DNA from: Octopus sinensis
Taxonomy: Eukaryota
Length of the DNA stretch: 64,000 nucleotides
Direction of reading: 5' to 3'
NCBI RefSeq assembly: GCF_006345805.1
Contig: NC_042997.1
Coordinates: 61,070,001 to 61,134,000, forward strand
The translations under genes were made by a program, and so were the position numbers. Shown in pieces: positions 36,930-51,614 of this stretch; the first letter of the stretch is position 1; each line of letters begins with the position of its first letter. A model generated the notes under the pieces. It worked only from the letters and a program-made list of their open reading frames with translations. It was not told where the DNA came from and searched no databases.

Positions 36930-37777
36930 TTATGGCAGAGGATTCAGAAAGAGTGATTATGAAGGTATGGTAGCTTGGAAAACTCACTCTGATTGTTCTA
37001 ATGAGAAAAGAAGTTCTGAATTTATTGATGAGATCCAGGTCATGATTGACAACAATTCATCCAAGTCAATCAGGTCCATTGCCAGGGACTAGGAGTGTCT
37101 GAGTTTCTTATCAGGCAGATAGTTCAATAAGACATTCGGTATTCCTCATTCAAGATGAGAAAGGGCCAATTTTTATTCCAAGTTATCAAGGACAAGACGA
37201 ATCTTTTGAACAAACTCAAGCTTCCCCTCCAACTGAAAACATGCTTTGGTTTTTCTCAGTTGGTTTGCCATGTCTACAGAACATGTACCAAGAGTGATAA
37301 AAATCAAACATCCAGTCAACATCATGGTGTTTGGAGTGATCTCTAGTGATGGCAATGTTATGCCTCCATTCATCTTCCCACATGGCTTCAGACTCAACAC
37401 AGAGGCCTACATCAAGTGCATGGAGGAGGTAGGTTGCTCTGGGTCAAGAAAACCCTATGTCTAACAACAGGACTCTGCACCATGCCACACAAGCAGGAGA
37501 ACCCAGTCATGGCTGTCAGACAATTTCTGCAACCACATCACGCCTAGCATCTGACCACTTAAGTTCCCCCTTGATTGTTATGTGTGGGGCGCAGGAGATT
37601 CTGAAGTAGTCTGGAGGCCGTGGTTGAAGCCAATGACGATTTTATTGAGTAAATTTACTCTTTAGTATTTCAAGATATTTTTATGTAATTTTGGTAAATA
37701 TATCTGTTAAAATAAGATGTCAGTATTATTTTCATTTTTGTGTAATTTGGATGAAATTTTATTCACTGCAACCTGTA
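36930..37777 (+). mobile_element. maT (DD37D) Tc1/mariner fragment
   Basis: KHPVNIMVFGVISSDGNVMPPFIF...QQDSAPCHTS. Right end ...ttcactgcaacctg-TA. Confidence 0.85.
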
Positions 37778-39213
37778 TATATAACAGGCTTCCTTCAGTT
37801 TCTGCCTACAAAATCCACTCACAAGGCTTTGATCTACCTGAGGTTACTGTAGAAGACACTTGTTCATAGTGCCACACAGTGGGACTGAACCCAGAACTAT
37901 GCAGTTGGGAAGCAAGCTACTTACCACACAGCCACACCTATTTATTTATTTATTCATTTATTTCATATTGCAATTGATAACAATAGTATCATTGGTTACA
38001 GGTTCCCAAATGCCAGTCATTGACTTACTGCATTTCTAATCACAAAAGTAGTGACAAGGGAGTATCTACAAGCTGATGCCAAAACAAATATCTCCACATA
38101 TGCACACATACATGCACACACACATGCACACATACATGCACACACATATACACACTGTATTACTGGTTGTTTCATTCCTTGGACTGTATTCATATATGTA
38201 TGCGTGTGGCAGAGTGTGTGTGTGTATGTATAGATTTATATGATAAGCTTCCATACAGGTTTTATTTATCAAATTCCATTCATAAATCATTGATCAACTT
38301 GAAGCTATAGTAGAAAAAAAATCATGTATATGATGCCATACACCAATATTAATGCTGGAATCACATCACTGTAAAGTGAAATTCCTAACCACAACCATAA
38401 TAACAACAACAACAATAATGTTAATGATAATATCAATAAAATGATAGTAAAAATAACATGTTAGTTAGAAATAATAAACAAATTATACAGAAATCTGATA
38501 TTTCTATTCATATCACCCATGACAGAAATATATAGTTTATCTGTCTATTTTAATGTCATGCAATAAAAAATATCACATATACATTGGTGAATACATTTCA
38601 ATTGAAAAGAAGTATATGACATGAAATTGTATGTTTGAATATGTTTTATAAATAATCGAGAAAAGTAAATAAAAATAAGATAAATTGAAATTGTTGAGAT
38701 TTGACTAAACTTCTGCATAATAGAGAAATTGTTAATATTTAAACATTCAAATGTAAAAAGTCTTGAATGATAATTGACATATATACCATATCCACGTAGA
38801 AAAAGAAACAAAATGTCTACTGATTAAGTTTTAGCTATGTATCTATTGTTTGTTAGACCACAAATCACTCTGTTATCATAGTGTTCTTTTCTAAATCAAA
38901 TTGGTGATCATAATATTTAATGTCATTTATATAAAAATCATAGCAGTTATTTTATAATTTCTTCATTTTCAAAGATCAGCACACAATGCAAATAAAATCA
39001 CCAATCGAAAATCTATATCTTTTAAGCTTTTATTTTTTGCAGTTATTGGACTGTGGCCATGCTGGGGTACTGCCTTGAAGGGCAGATCAGTATTTTTTAA
39101 GTTTAGTATTTACTCTATCAGTCTTTTGCCAAAGCGGTAAGTTATGGAGATGCAAACAAACAATATTGGTTGCCAGACTGTGGGGAGGGGCTACAAACAC
39201 AAACACAAAGATG

Positions 39214-39245
<32 letters not shown>

Positions 39246-39373
39246 TGCACATATACAAACACACACACACACACCACACATGTATATGTATGTATGTATA
39301 TATATATGTGTGTGTGTATGTAATATATATATGCATATATATATGTATATATATGTGTGTGTGTGTGTATATA

Positions 39374-39427
<54 letters not shown>

Positions 39428-39437
39428 TATATATATA

Positions 39438-39821
39438 TTGGAAGCACTCTGTCGGTTACGACGATGAGGGTTCCGGTTGATCCGAATCAACGGAACAGCC
39501 TGCTCGTGAAATTAACGTGTAAGTGGCTGAGCACTCCACAGACACGTGTAGCCTTAACATAGTTCTCGGGGATATTCAGCGTGACACAGAGAGTGACAAG
39601 GCCGGCCCTTTGAAATACAGGTACAACAGAAACAGGAAGTAAGAGTGAGAGAAAGTTGTGGTGATAGAGTACAGCAGGGATCACCACCATCCCCTGCCGG
39701 AGCCTCGTGGAGCTTTAGGTGTTTTCGCTCAATAAACACTCACAACGCCCGGTCTGGGAATCGAAACCGCGATCCTATGACCACGAGTCTGCTGCCCTAA
39801 CCACTGGGCCATTGCGCCTCC
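39438..39821 (-). mobile_element. Young full-length tRNA-derived SINE
   Basis: CpG-rich, with A/B-box head at 39821. An older copy lies at 62432-62809(-). Confidence 0.85.
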
Positions 39822-40096
39822 TATATATATATATATACATATATATGCATATATATATATTACATACACACACACATATATATATACATACATACATATA
39901 CATGTGTGTGTGTGTTTGTATATGTGCATGTGTGTGTGTGTGTATATATATACACACACACACATGCAAATATACAAACACACACACACACCACACATGT
40001 ATATGTATGTATATATATATATATGTGTGTGTGTGTGTATGTAATATATATATGCATATATATATGTATATATATATATGTGTGTGTGTGTGTATA

Positions 40097-40160
<64 letters not shown>

Positions 40161-40163
<3 letters not shown>

Positions 40164-41029
40164 GGTGCAATGGGTAAATTGCTGCCACTTTATATTTCTA
40201 ATTTCATGCATGCACATTGTTTGTTTTTGATTTTGTCAACTACACAATATAGTAGAGTCAGTTGGGCACTGTCTGTGTGAAAAACAGCACCATGGTGCAA
40301 TTTACTCTGTCAGAAATTTGGAAACAACAAGTACTGCTTGGCATTCACATTAGAAGCTCCAACACAAATATTTCAGAGTGTTTGGGTGTCAATTTGAGGA
40401 TTGCCACATCTCCAAAACATGTACCAAGAATGATAAAAATCAAACATCATGGTGTTTGGTGTGATCAATAGTGATGGTTACATTATGCCACTATTCATCT
40501 TCCCACATGGCTTCAGACTCAACACAGAGGCCTAGATCAAGTTCCTGGAGGAGGTAGTGCTGCCCTGGATCAAGAGAGTGGCTGCTGGAAGACCCTATGT
40601 CTGGCAACAGGACTCTGTCCTATGCCACACAAGCAGGAAAACCCAGTCATGGCTGTCAAACAATTTCTGCAACTAAATCACCCCTAACATGTGGCTACCT
40701 AACTCCCCAGACTGCAATACCCTTGATTATTATGTGTGGGGCGCAATTGTGCAAGAAACCAAAAAAACTCCTTGTAACACCAAAGATTAACTGAAGGCAA
40801 GGATTATGGCAGCATTCACCAACTTAAACAAGGAGACTGTCCAGAAGAGTTGCTGAAGATTCCAAAGTTGTCAGAAAGCCATGGTTTAAGCCATTGGCAA
40901 TTTAATTGAATAAATTTACTCCTTAGTATTTCAAGGTACTTTTATGTAATTTTGGTTAATATATCTGTTAAAATGAGATATCAGTGTTATTTTCATTTTT
41001 GTGTAATTTAGACGCCAGTTTATTCATTA

Positions 41030-41036
<7 letters not shown>
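40161..41036 (+). mobile_element. Internally deleted maT (DD37D) element with both ends
   Basis: TIRs cagggtgcaatgggtaaattg / cagtttattcattacactctg. YVWQQD-(37 codons)-DYYVW. Confidence 0.85.
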
Positions 41037-41084
<48 letters not shown>

Positions 41085-41111
41085 TATATATTATACACAC
41101 ACGCACATGTA

Positions 41112-42120
41112 TCTATAGATATAAAAGCCAGGTTGTGTGTGTGTGTGTAAACACACATAACTTCTGAAGTTCACAACTGATTTTCTCCAAACTGGGAGTA
41201 TACATTACTTATGTTCCAGAGATAGTTTTAGACTCTTGAAATTTTTTCACCTGTGTAACAGGCCCTCTAGGAGCAGAAAATACCCTTTCCTGAGTTACAT
41301 AGAGAAGGGAGGTAACTCTTTGCAAAGTAACTTCCAGAAACTGATTGTCTCCCTTATATCCAGTGTGATTAATCTGTCAAACTTTTTTATCTTCTCGAAA
41401 TATTAATATCAATTAATGATTTTTATTGATATTTAATTATTAGCATAACAATGTCATCTCAGTTCATTGTATGTATTTCTTAAAATTTGTTAAGATATTG
41501 ATATTATTTACCTTTTCATATTAACATTTCATTATTAACCTGCAATTGTCATCTTATTTAATATCATATTTCTTGACATACTGGCTCCAAAAAACAGTGC
41601 TGTAAGTAAAAGTAGTGAGTAGCTGCTTCATTACCTTCCTGGAAGTCCTCACATCTATAAGTCAGTTGATAAAATTTCAGTTCCTGAAGAGGTGGTAAAT
41701 TTATACAACAGAATTTCTCAATTTGTTGGAGCCTCCAAGACTACCTTCCGACAGATTGGAACATAATGTGGGAACTCCAGTAATGTTTTTGATGAATTTG
41801 GATCCACCAACACTCTGCAATAGGACATGCCTGGTTTTAAAGAAGGTGATACCACATGTTACTGAGGCCACTATTCTCTCTGGATGGGGAAAAGGAGAGG
41901 ATGTTTTCATACCCAGAATTCCTTTCATTTCATCTGGAGCAGGAATTCCTTTATCATTCAAAAGAGTGCAATTTCATATTCATATCAGCTTCTCAATGTC
42001 TATCAATAAATCCCTTGATCAAGTACTGCTGGTGGTAGGACTTTTGGAAGGGTTGTGCCTCTCACACAGGCAATTATGTGTTGGCTGCTCTAGAGCGGGA
42101 AGAGAGGTTTTGTAAGAATT
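41112..42120 (+). mobile_element. Helitron remnant (5' end plus PIF1 helicase C-terminal fragment)
   Basis: A|TCtatagatataaaa start. ILAPKN, GTPVMFLMNLDPPTLCN, GEDVFIPRIP, FKRVQF..ISFSMSINKS and HRQLCVGCSR are decayed PIF1 motifs. Confidence 0.85.
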
Positions 42121-43592
42121 ACTACATCCTCCAATGCACTTCAGTATTCATTGCTCTTTGTGCAATATACAGTATATATGTATATATATATACAATGGAT
42201 TTCCACACAGTTTCCATCTACCAAATTAACTCACAAGACATTGGTTGACCCAAAGCTATAATAGAAAGCACTTGTCAAAGGTGCTGGACAGTGGGACTGA
42301 ACCTAAAAACACATAGATGCAAAGCAAGTTTCTTAACCACAGTGATACCTATACCTATTTTATTTATTGTCACTTACAAATTACATTGAGAAGTAACTTT
42401 GAATTTGATTTATTATATGATGTATATATTAAAATAAAAAAACCTCATAATGTTATTTATATAAAAACCTTGTTTTCTAGCCAAGATTCTTGTCCTAGCT
42501 AGCACAAACTGCCATTAGCTTAGAGATGGAGAAAATTATCTGTGAAACAAGATAATAACTGTGCGAGTTAAATAGTTCAGTAAAAGCAGCAGAAAACAAT
42601 AATTTATATTAAATTTGAGAAGACAATGATAGACACCCTATAGTGCAATCATTTAACATAGTTACTCAGCAAAAGATAAATAAGTATATATTCTAAATCC
42701 CATCAGATGGCCTATGGCACTTTTCTGTTTATAATGTTTAATATCATTTATATTTAAAGTAATTAACAATCAATTATTAATGTGAAAGAAATAGTGAGCT
42801 TCAACAATTTATACAAGTTACTGTAGAATTATCTGACATATACTTTCATTAAAATATAATAAAACAGAGATAAAAATCATATAAAAATATCCTGCATGAA
42901 TTAAATATTTGCAGGAGTGTTATTTTCTCAAGAGTTAAAAAGCTTACTATTTTCACATTTTCACTTATCAAAGTCTTGTAACTGATTATATAGATTGGTC
43001 AATTCCATATGGAATGAAATTAACTGCCAATGATAAAAGTAAGCAAGCCATTTATTTTCATTGTCATCATCATGGTTTTCCAATGTCCAGTTTTCATGTG
43101 TGAGTAAGCTGGACAGAATTTGTTGAGGCAGATATATTTTCTACAGCTGGCTGCCCTCTCTTTCACCAACTTTCACCTGTTTCAGAGTAAGGTAACATGG
43201 TAATATTTCCCCTGGCCAGATATGTTTTCATGAAATATTGGAATTGAAGGACACTACTTGTATGAAGCTGGCACTCATTCACAACTATCATGCACATATA
43301 TGAGTGTGTGTGTGTGTGAAATAATGAAGACAGCTATATGCAATATAAAACCAAAAAGGAAAAATTCAGTTGTCACTAATTGGGACTGATGATGGTAGGT
43401 AGCAGCTATATTGCTAGAAATAAAAGTAAAAAACCCTTAGAGCTGCAAGAAAGTACATATTCATATACTGATAGGAGATAACCACCCCATAAGCGAAGCT
43501 AAACCACTAGACTACTTTAACCTGAAAAATTACAAGTTTGTCTGTAGTGTCTACTCCATTGCCAAATAGTTTGGCTAAATCAAGACAGACTG

Positions 43593-43634
<42 letters not shown>

Positions 43635-43639
43635 ATATA

Positions 43640-44015
43640 TGTAGTGCTCAATGCCAGTACCGTCTGGTTGATGCCAGTGCCACTTAACTGGTTCCTGTGC
43701 CGGTGGCATGTAAAAAACACCATTTGAGCATGGTCGATGCCAATGTCGCCTGACTGGCTCTTGTGCCAGTGACACTTAAGAAGCACCATTCAAGTGTGAT
43801 CAATGTCAGTACTGCCTGGCTGGCCCCCTTGCCAGTGGAACATAAAAAGCATCCACTACACTCTTGGAGTTGTTGGCATTAGGAATGGCATCCAGCTGTA
43901 GAAACCTTGCCATATCAGATTGGAGCTTGGTGCAGCCTCCTGGTTTACCAGTCCTCAGTCAAATTGTCCAACCCATGCCACTATGGACAGCAAACATTAA
44001 ACGATGACAACAACA
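43640..44015 (+). mobile_element. SINE/RTE-tail repeat with internal tandem units of about 65 bp
   Basis: Repeated gtgccggtggca..taaaaagcacc units, then RTE-like ttggcattaggaatggcatccagctgtagaaacc. Confidence 0.7.
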
Positions 44016-44049
44016 TCAGCAGCAGCAACAATACCAGCAGGTACAGAGA

Positions 44050-44638
44050 TACATTGAATGTTCCGGGAACTCTTTCAAGCAATGTCTCTTCAACCACAGG
44101 TCCTCCTTCAGAGTTCTGGAAAGGAGATATGTAATGTCACTGGCTAGCCACATCTGGCAATTAAGAAACGAAGGGATCCCATACTTGATCTCATGAAAAA
44201 TCCACAAGAACCCAGGCCCCTACATCAACGGGATGAAGCATTGCAAGCTATGCATAGCTGAACACATGAGAATCTTAAAAGACTCACTTGAATCAGGGAA
44301 CATACTTAGCCCCAGAACAAAGGTTTTTGGGGTCCTGTTCACATTTCAGGAGGTTCCTGCTAGCTTTTTGGAACCTGCAAGGTGGTGGCACAGCCGGAAG
44401 TCAATAGCAAAAGGAGATGATCCCCACTTGTTACCTTTGAGTAGTGAGGCATTTCCCCATCCATATTTTTAAGAGATCATGGGCCAACAGGATATTTTGG
44501 ATCTGACAATACGCCATAAAACTAAACCCATTATGGACAGGAAACCTGAGGTAATTCCATAAACTGGTCTTCCCCATTTTTAATATATACTGTTTTAACA
44601 TCTTAGAGTGTGCTTCTTCTAAATTTTTTTTTACAAAC

Positions 44639-44640
<2 letters not shown>
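44050..44640 (+). mobile_element. Penelope-like element 3' end: GIY-YIG endonuclease C-terminus plus terminal repeat with hammerhead
   Basis: YIECSGNSFKQCLFNHRSSF...SLASHIWQLR...Y...CKLCIAE...L..RT. Hammerhead at 44498-44559. Ends at (TA)n. Confidence 0.8.
44498..44559 (+). ncRNA. Degenerate type I hammerhead
   Basis: tggat-CTGACAA (from CTGACGA)-...ccataa/ttatgg...-GAAA-cctgagg-ta-attcca. Confidence 0.6.
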
Positions 44641-44678
<38 letters not shown>

Positions 44679-44823
44679 CGGACACTAATTGATGATGATG
44701 ATGATGATAAAACTTACATGGATATATATGTATAGATGTAAGTATGTACATATACAAATGTATATATGCATATATATATATATATATATCATTTATTCAT
44801 ATTATATATATATTATATATATA

Positions 44824-44895
<72 letters not shown>

Positions 44896-47495
44896 GGAAT
44901 ACAAAAAATGGGACAAGAATGCAAAACAGACAGATGATACAAAAAAGGGACAAGAAAAACAAGGATGGGGTTATTTGGAGTTTTCTTTCCTCAGTTGAGT
45001 TCCAGATTACCTTTGTAATTTTGGCTGGTTGTACTTGAGATTATTCCAATCTGGCCAGCCCCGAGGAAAAACTAAGCTAAGAGCACTAGATTCCTTAGAA
45101 GAAAGCAACGAATGTATACGAGAACAAGGACAGAAAAAAAATGGAGAAATGGTACACAAATACAAAACCAAATAACAGGACATTAACAACAGGTATCTTT
45201 CAACTAAGGACGAATTAAATTAAGCTGGTGTGTGTGGAAGTGAAGCCTTATGACAGGGACATAAGTGATGACAGGCATGGGGAAGGAATATAGATGTTGC
45301 ACGGACGGTAGTCAAACCAAGAAAGAAAGGTCAGGCTTGGCCAAACACCGGTCACATGGAGAGGGAGGTAGAGGCAGAGGGATAGAAGAATTAGGGAGGG
45401 ATGAGAAAAAAAAGGGACAGAGTGAAGTGAAAGAGGAGGGGAGGTGAGAATGAAGAGAAAGCCAGGAAATTTGAGAGAGGGGGAATGAAAGAAAGAAAAG
45501 TGAAAGAACAAAGTAAGTGTGAAGGGGCTGATAGAAAGAAAGAAAGAATAAGAGAGCCATACAAAATTTATATATATATATATATGTATTTACATATGAG
45601 AGATCGAAGTGTTTCGTATGCCACCATATGTATATAAAAAGGAATACAAAAAATGGGACAAGAACATTCAGTTTCTATCTACCAAATGGGACAAGAACAT
45701 TCAGTTTCTATCTTTGGTTTGACAAAGAATATAGTTGAAAACACTTGCTCAGGGTGTCACTCAGTGACACTCTGAGTACTAATTCTGCCAAGGTCAGCTT
45801 TGCTTTTCATCCTTTCAGGGTTGTTGATAATAATCAAATACTGGAGTTGATGGTATTGACTAATCCTCTCCACACAAATTTCAGGTATGATGCCCATGTT
45901 AGGAGCAATATATATTTAAAATTTATAGCTAAATATTTAATAATGGTTCCAAGTTTTGGCACAAGGCCAGCAAGTTTGAGAAGATGGGTAGGTTAATTAA
46001 ATTGACCCCAGTGCCCAACTAGTACTTATTTTATCAACCCTGAAAGAATGAAAGACAAAGTCAACCTTAGTGAAATTTGAACTCGGAATGTAAAGATGGA
46101 TAAAACGTAGCTAAGCATTTTGCCTGGCATGCTAGAAATTCTACCAGTTTGCTGCCTTAGTTAAATATTTAATCATAAAGATGGCTTAATTTTAAAAGAT
46201 GCAATTTTCTAAAAATAGACAAGCTATTACATTAATATGAATCACTTCAAGCAGTTTAAGAATTGATGGAATATTGCCAAGAATAAATTATATTTCAGTA
46301 AATTAAATTTTCTCTCTCCTATTTCATACTTTATAGTATTTTACAATCGTTTTTCATTGAGAGCACAGGGTGTGTAAATATGGACATTCTCACATTGTCT
46401 CTACAGTTGAGCACTCTTCCAACTCACTCATCTGTGAAGCAGGAATGGAATATTTAATCAACCAAACAAACAATAGTTACGTGTCTTCCCCAGTACAAAA
46501 GTTATCATAGTAAGAATTTCATTGAACTCAGCCATGTAGTCAACAACATAAAATATAAAATTTTATGGTACTCCAGTCAACCCACATTATCAGAAGTGAA
46601 AAAATAGACTTGAAATATCACTACTGATATTGAGATGATGTTAAGAAAAAAAAATTCAATGTTTTCAATTTTAATCTTAGTAGGAATAAAGAGAATATAA
46701 AAAATAACTGATAGCTTTCAGTGTCACTGTTCAAATATAAAACATAACCAACCATAGGAGGACAAGCCAAAAAATATCAGCTGTGTTTACAATTTTCATA
46801 GATTTCTCAGAATATTTCAAAACTAAATATCCCAATAGTCGATGCAATGAAGCAGATTGGAGGAAATTGATTAAATGTCCAAAGAGAAAATGTCTTAGAA
46901 ATACCAAATAGCCGTTTGTTGTAAAATTTTAAAATTTTCATATTTCTGTATCTAATAAGAGGTTGTGAATAAAATTAAGGAAGGAAATAAAAGAATTTCA
47001 TTGAAGAATTATGGTTATAAGCTACAGTAACTTATACAGAAACTGAACTTAATCTCAGAATTACAAATTTTATGGACTCTGCACAATATGGCCAGCAATA
47101 TCTTTTATCTTTTATTTGTTTCAGTCGTTAAACTGCAGAATTTTAGTCACATGAATCAACTCCAGTACTATTTTCTTAAAGCCTGGTACTTATTCAATCA
47201 GTCTCTTTTGCTGAACTGCTGAACAATTTTTTTTTGCTGAACAAAATTTTATTTTGATTAAGCATGAATGCAGAGTAGATGTAGCTAACTCAAATGACTC
47301 CATTGTATTACTGGTATTTATATTATCAAAACAGAAAGACTGAAACAAAATAACACCCTAAAGGGGATTTTAACTTAAAAACTTATGACTTTAGAAGAAA
47401 ATATTAGAAAGTAAATGATTTTTACAATAGCTTTGGTTTGTGATTGAGTTTGGTTGATGGAAACTGTTACAAGCCCATTGTGTATGCATGTGTGT

Positions 47496-47548
<53 letters not shown>

Positions 47549-47937
47549 TACGTAGATATTGATTGATATTCCACAGGTTCACTTGGGCAAAATTGTGAAG
47601 GATTTTATATTCCTTGTTGACATTATGACTGGTCACATTGAACTTTTGAAGATATGTGAAATAAAAAAAAACCATTACTTGAAGCACAGCTAAGAATTCC
47701 TGCCTCAAACATGTCTGCCATTCAAACCCATGGTAACATATAGACTGAATTGCCATATCAGTATGGGAAGAAGATTGCTTCCCAATCACATGGTTCTGGG
47801 TTTTGTACCACTGCATGGCACCTTGGGCAAGTCTATTTTACTATAGCCCTGGACTAACCAAGGCCCTTGTGAGTGGATTTGGTTGGGGGAAACTGAGAGA
47901 AGCCTATTGTGAGTGTGTATGTGCATGTGTATATATA

Positions 47938-47978
<41 letters not shown>

Positions 47979-48000
47979 CACACACACACACACACTCACA

Positions 48001-48042
<42 letters not shown>

Positions 48043-48082
48043 CTCACACACACACACACACACTCACACCTATATATATATA

Positions 48083-49582
48083 TATTGAATTACAAAAGAA
48101 ACATCACACTATAAAAGATTATTTGTTTCACACATGATATTGAGATTATATGGATTTTATCACATTTCTTGGTAATTTGACATCAGAAAGATGTCACTGA
48201 CCCACAGTACCACTCTCTTTTGAAAATACAAGGATTGCATGTAGGGTTCAAACTCGCCCACTTTTCATGAACATGGTAATGCTTGTGAATGTATCTTTAT
48301 GAAAAACATGATGCACATGCACCCAAATTTACCAGCCTGTCATTCGTTTCCCAAATGCAGCAAGCATGCCAAGACTGACACGAAATCAGAGGGAGCGAGC
48401 CATTGAACATCTCCATACTGGTCAATGTCCATGGGTCGTTGCTAATGATTTGAATTGCAATATTCAGACAGTTGAGTGGCTGAGGGAATGATACAATACC
48501 ACAAACAGCATGGATGATCATCCATGCAGTGGCCAACCGAGGGTTACAATGGTATGTCAAGATCGCCACCAGCACCGGCAGCACTTGCAGAACTGATTCT
48601 GGAGGGCAACGGCATCAGCTAGGTAGACCATAGGGTCTCACCACAGACCCATTTGTGCAGAGACAGTTCACCGCCATCTGAGATCTTTCAAATTGTCTTG
48701 TCAATGTTCAGCTGTGGGTCCCACCCTCGAAGATCGTCGTTGATGGGCATGTCTGTAGTGGCCTCAAAAACGTCAGAACTGGTGATATCAGCAGTGGAGG
48801 ACTGTAGTCTTCTCTGACGAAAGTTGATATTGCATTTCTGTGGCAGATGGCAGAGCTAGGGTTTGGAGAAGAAGAGGTGAACGTCATGCTGATGGCTGTG
48901 TGCTGGAGAGACTCATGGGGAGGACAGAGCATCATGGTATGGGGCAGGATTGCACTCAACCAGAAACTTGGGACTAGTGGTCTTCTAAAACATTGACCAA
49001 GGCCAGGGCAATGGAGTAACTGCTGCTTGCTGCATTGATCAAGTGTCATATTTTACTCGTCATCAGAATCATGTGTTCCAATATGACAATGCCCATGCCC
49101 ATACTGCCAGGTTGACAACAGACTTCCTCCAACAGCACAACATCCAGACACTGCCATGGCCTGCCCTAAGACCGGACTTGAACCCCATAGAGCACCTATG
49201 GGATGAAATTCAAATAAGGCTAAATGACATCTGCCCAAGGCTGACAACTGCAGCACAACTCACTGCAAGTTTTAAAAGTGTGTGGGCTGCTGGCACCATG
49301 GCCTTCATCAGTTGTTTGGTGCATTCAATGTACAGAAGATGCCTGGAGATAATCAACACTAATGGTGGTTACATGAGATATTGAGTTCATCTTTTTGGAT
49401 CCAGGACACTCCATCATCACATGATACCGTGTGACATCAAACATGTTTCAGGAAATGATATTTTATAATTAGGAAAGAACGGTTTCTTAATTAGCACTCT
49501 TCAACCAATGCTAGCGCAGTCTGTAAATAAACCAGTTTCTATTTAGTATGTGCGTGATATTTCTTTTGTGGCTCAGTTTATA
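48083..49582 (+). mobile_element. Near full-length decayed Tc1 (DD34E) transposon
   Basis: TIRs tattgaattacaaaagaaacatcac / gtgatatttcttttgtggctcagtt. Transposase from about 48366 (MPRLTRNQRERAI), VFSDES, FQYD-(34)-E in PDLNPIEHLW. Multiple stops. Confidence 0.9.
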
Positions 49583-51614
49583 TATACATATACATGTATA
49601 TATGTATATATATATATGTGTGTGTTTGTGCTTGTGTGTGTGTGTGTTTGTGCTTGTGTGTGTATGTGTGTGTGTGTGTATTTGTTTTTCATCCCCACAG
49701 TTGCTTAACAACTGGTGTTGGTTTGCTTGCTTCTCTATATCTAAGTTGCTTGGCATAGGAAACCAATACATTAAGCAGCTGGCTTTAAAATAAATACTGG
49801 GTTGATTTGTTAAAAAAAAGTTCTTCAAGGCTGTGCCCCAGCATGGTTGCAGTCCAGTGACTGAAATGAGTAAAAGATAAAATAAATGAACATCTATTCT
49901 CATGTTCTCTTATCTCTACCTACCAAATTCACTCACAAGGCTTTGGTTAGACCAGGGTTATAGTAAAAGACACTTGCCCAAGATGCTATGCAGTAGGACT
50001 GAACCCACAACCATGTGGCTAGAAAACAAACTTCCCACCACACAATGACAAAAAAAAAAAATTTCACTCAAAATACAGATTTAATGTCAAGCAAGGTGAC
50101 TAATAGATTAGAATTTTTTAATTGTTATAATAATTACTGTAGCTTTCAATTCTCTCTCGAAAATGACATGTTAATCATTGTTATTCATTGATATTGTCCA
50201 GATGTAAGATAGTGAGTTGGCAAAATGGTTAGCATGCTGTGCAAACTGCTTAGCAGTATTTCATCCATCTTTTTGTTCTGAGTTCAAATTCCACTGAAGT
50301 TGACTATGCTTTTCATTCTTTCAGGCTTGATCAAATAAATACCAGTTGAGCACTGGGGTCAATGTAGTTGACTTAACCCCTCCCCCAAATTTACTGGCCT
50401 TGTGACTAAATCTGAAACCAATATTGTCCTTGTATCTTTATGTTGGTAGGAGTTGGGTAGTTCTGTAATACATTATCCTGCTATGTGCTTCAGTGCTGTG
50501 AATTATTAGTTATTTTAGATCAGTAGTTAGGAACCATTTCAGTACTAGGGTCAAATTAGAAGCGACATGTCCTAAGTGCTGCACAGTGGAACTGAACCCA
50601 GAACCATATGGTTGTGAAACAAACCTTAATCATAAAACCATTGGTATGCAATTATATTGCATTACTGTTTCAGTCTCTGAGATTAGGCATTGTTTTTTCT
50701 TTAATGGGTTTTTAAATACTTTGTTAACAGAGAGCTTCAAATCTGAACATAGATAGAATATTGTCTACAGGTGAGGAGTTGCTTACGCTTGATATGGATT
50801 GCTGTCCATATGAAGTATTAGTCTATAGAGGTCACTCTTTCGATATGCCATTCATTTAATCTTTACAAGGATAAAAGGAGTGAGATGTATGAAAAATTTC
50901 TTCTGCTGACTTCTGCACTTTAAAGTATAAAATAACCCAGTTATAAGGACTTTATTACAATTCATTGTTGAGGAAAACATCTGTGAAACATTTATGCTAT
51001 TAGTTATAATATTAATAGAATTTTATTATAGATTCAGATAAAAAAAAAAAATAACTGAAAATAATGAGATTATTTAATTTGTACAAACATAGCTAAGAAT
51101 TAATATGTTTATTAAAATTCATTCCCTTGACTATAACATTGGCAATTTAGCATTTAACTCACAAGAATTAAGCTTTATTATCTGTTTAAAATGTGGAGTA
51201 AACAATTCTGCTTGAAACATAATATAGTGTTAACTTTGATATTGAAATAAAATTAGCTTCACAATATATTATACATGTCGTTAAATATGATTCTAGCATA
51301 TTCTAAGTAAAGCAAAAAAGACCCTTTAATAATATCATTTTTTTTCTATTGAAAACATATTTCTCTGAATGAATAGATAGACTAGATTAATGTATCACCA
51401 ATCTGATAAGTTTCTGAGAATTGTGTATTATGAGAAGTTCTTTAATATTTGTATCTGTAGACCATCTTTGAAATGCCTTTTTTTTACTGACTCTCATTTA
51501 TATACATGGTGAACTACCAGATTATGAAGAACAAAATTGATCTTAGCTGATTTTAAACTTAGAAGACTCAGAACAAATACTACAAAGTATTTTGTCATCC
51601 CACCACAAACTCCA

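Noticed and set aside
41723-42115. Host PIF1 helicase gene
   Set aside because: Intronless decayed fragment with degenerate motifs following a Helitron-type 5' end.
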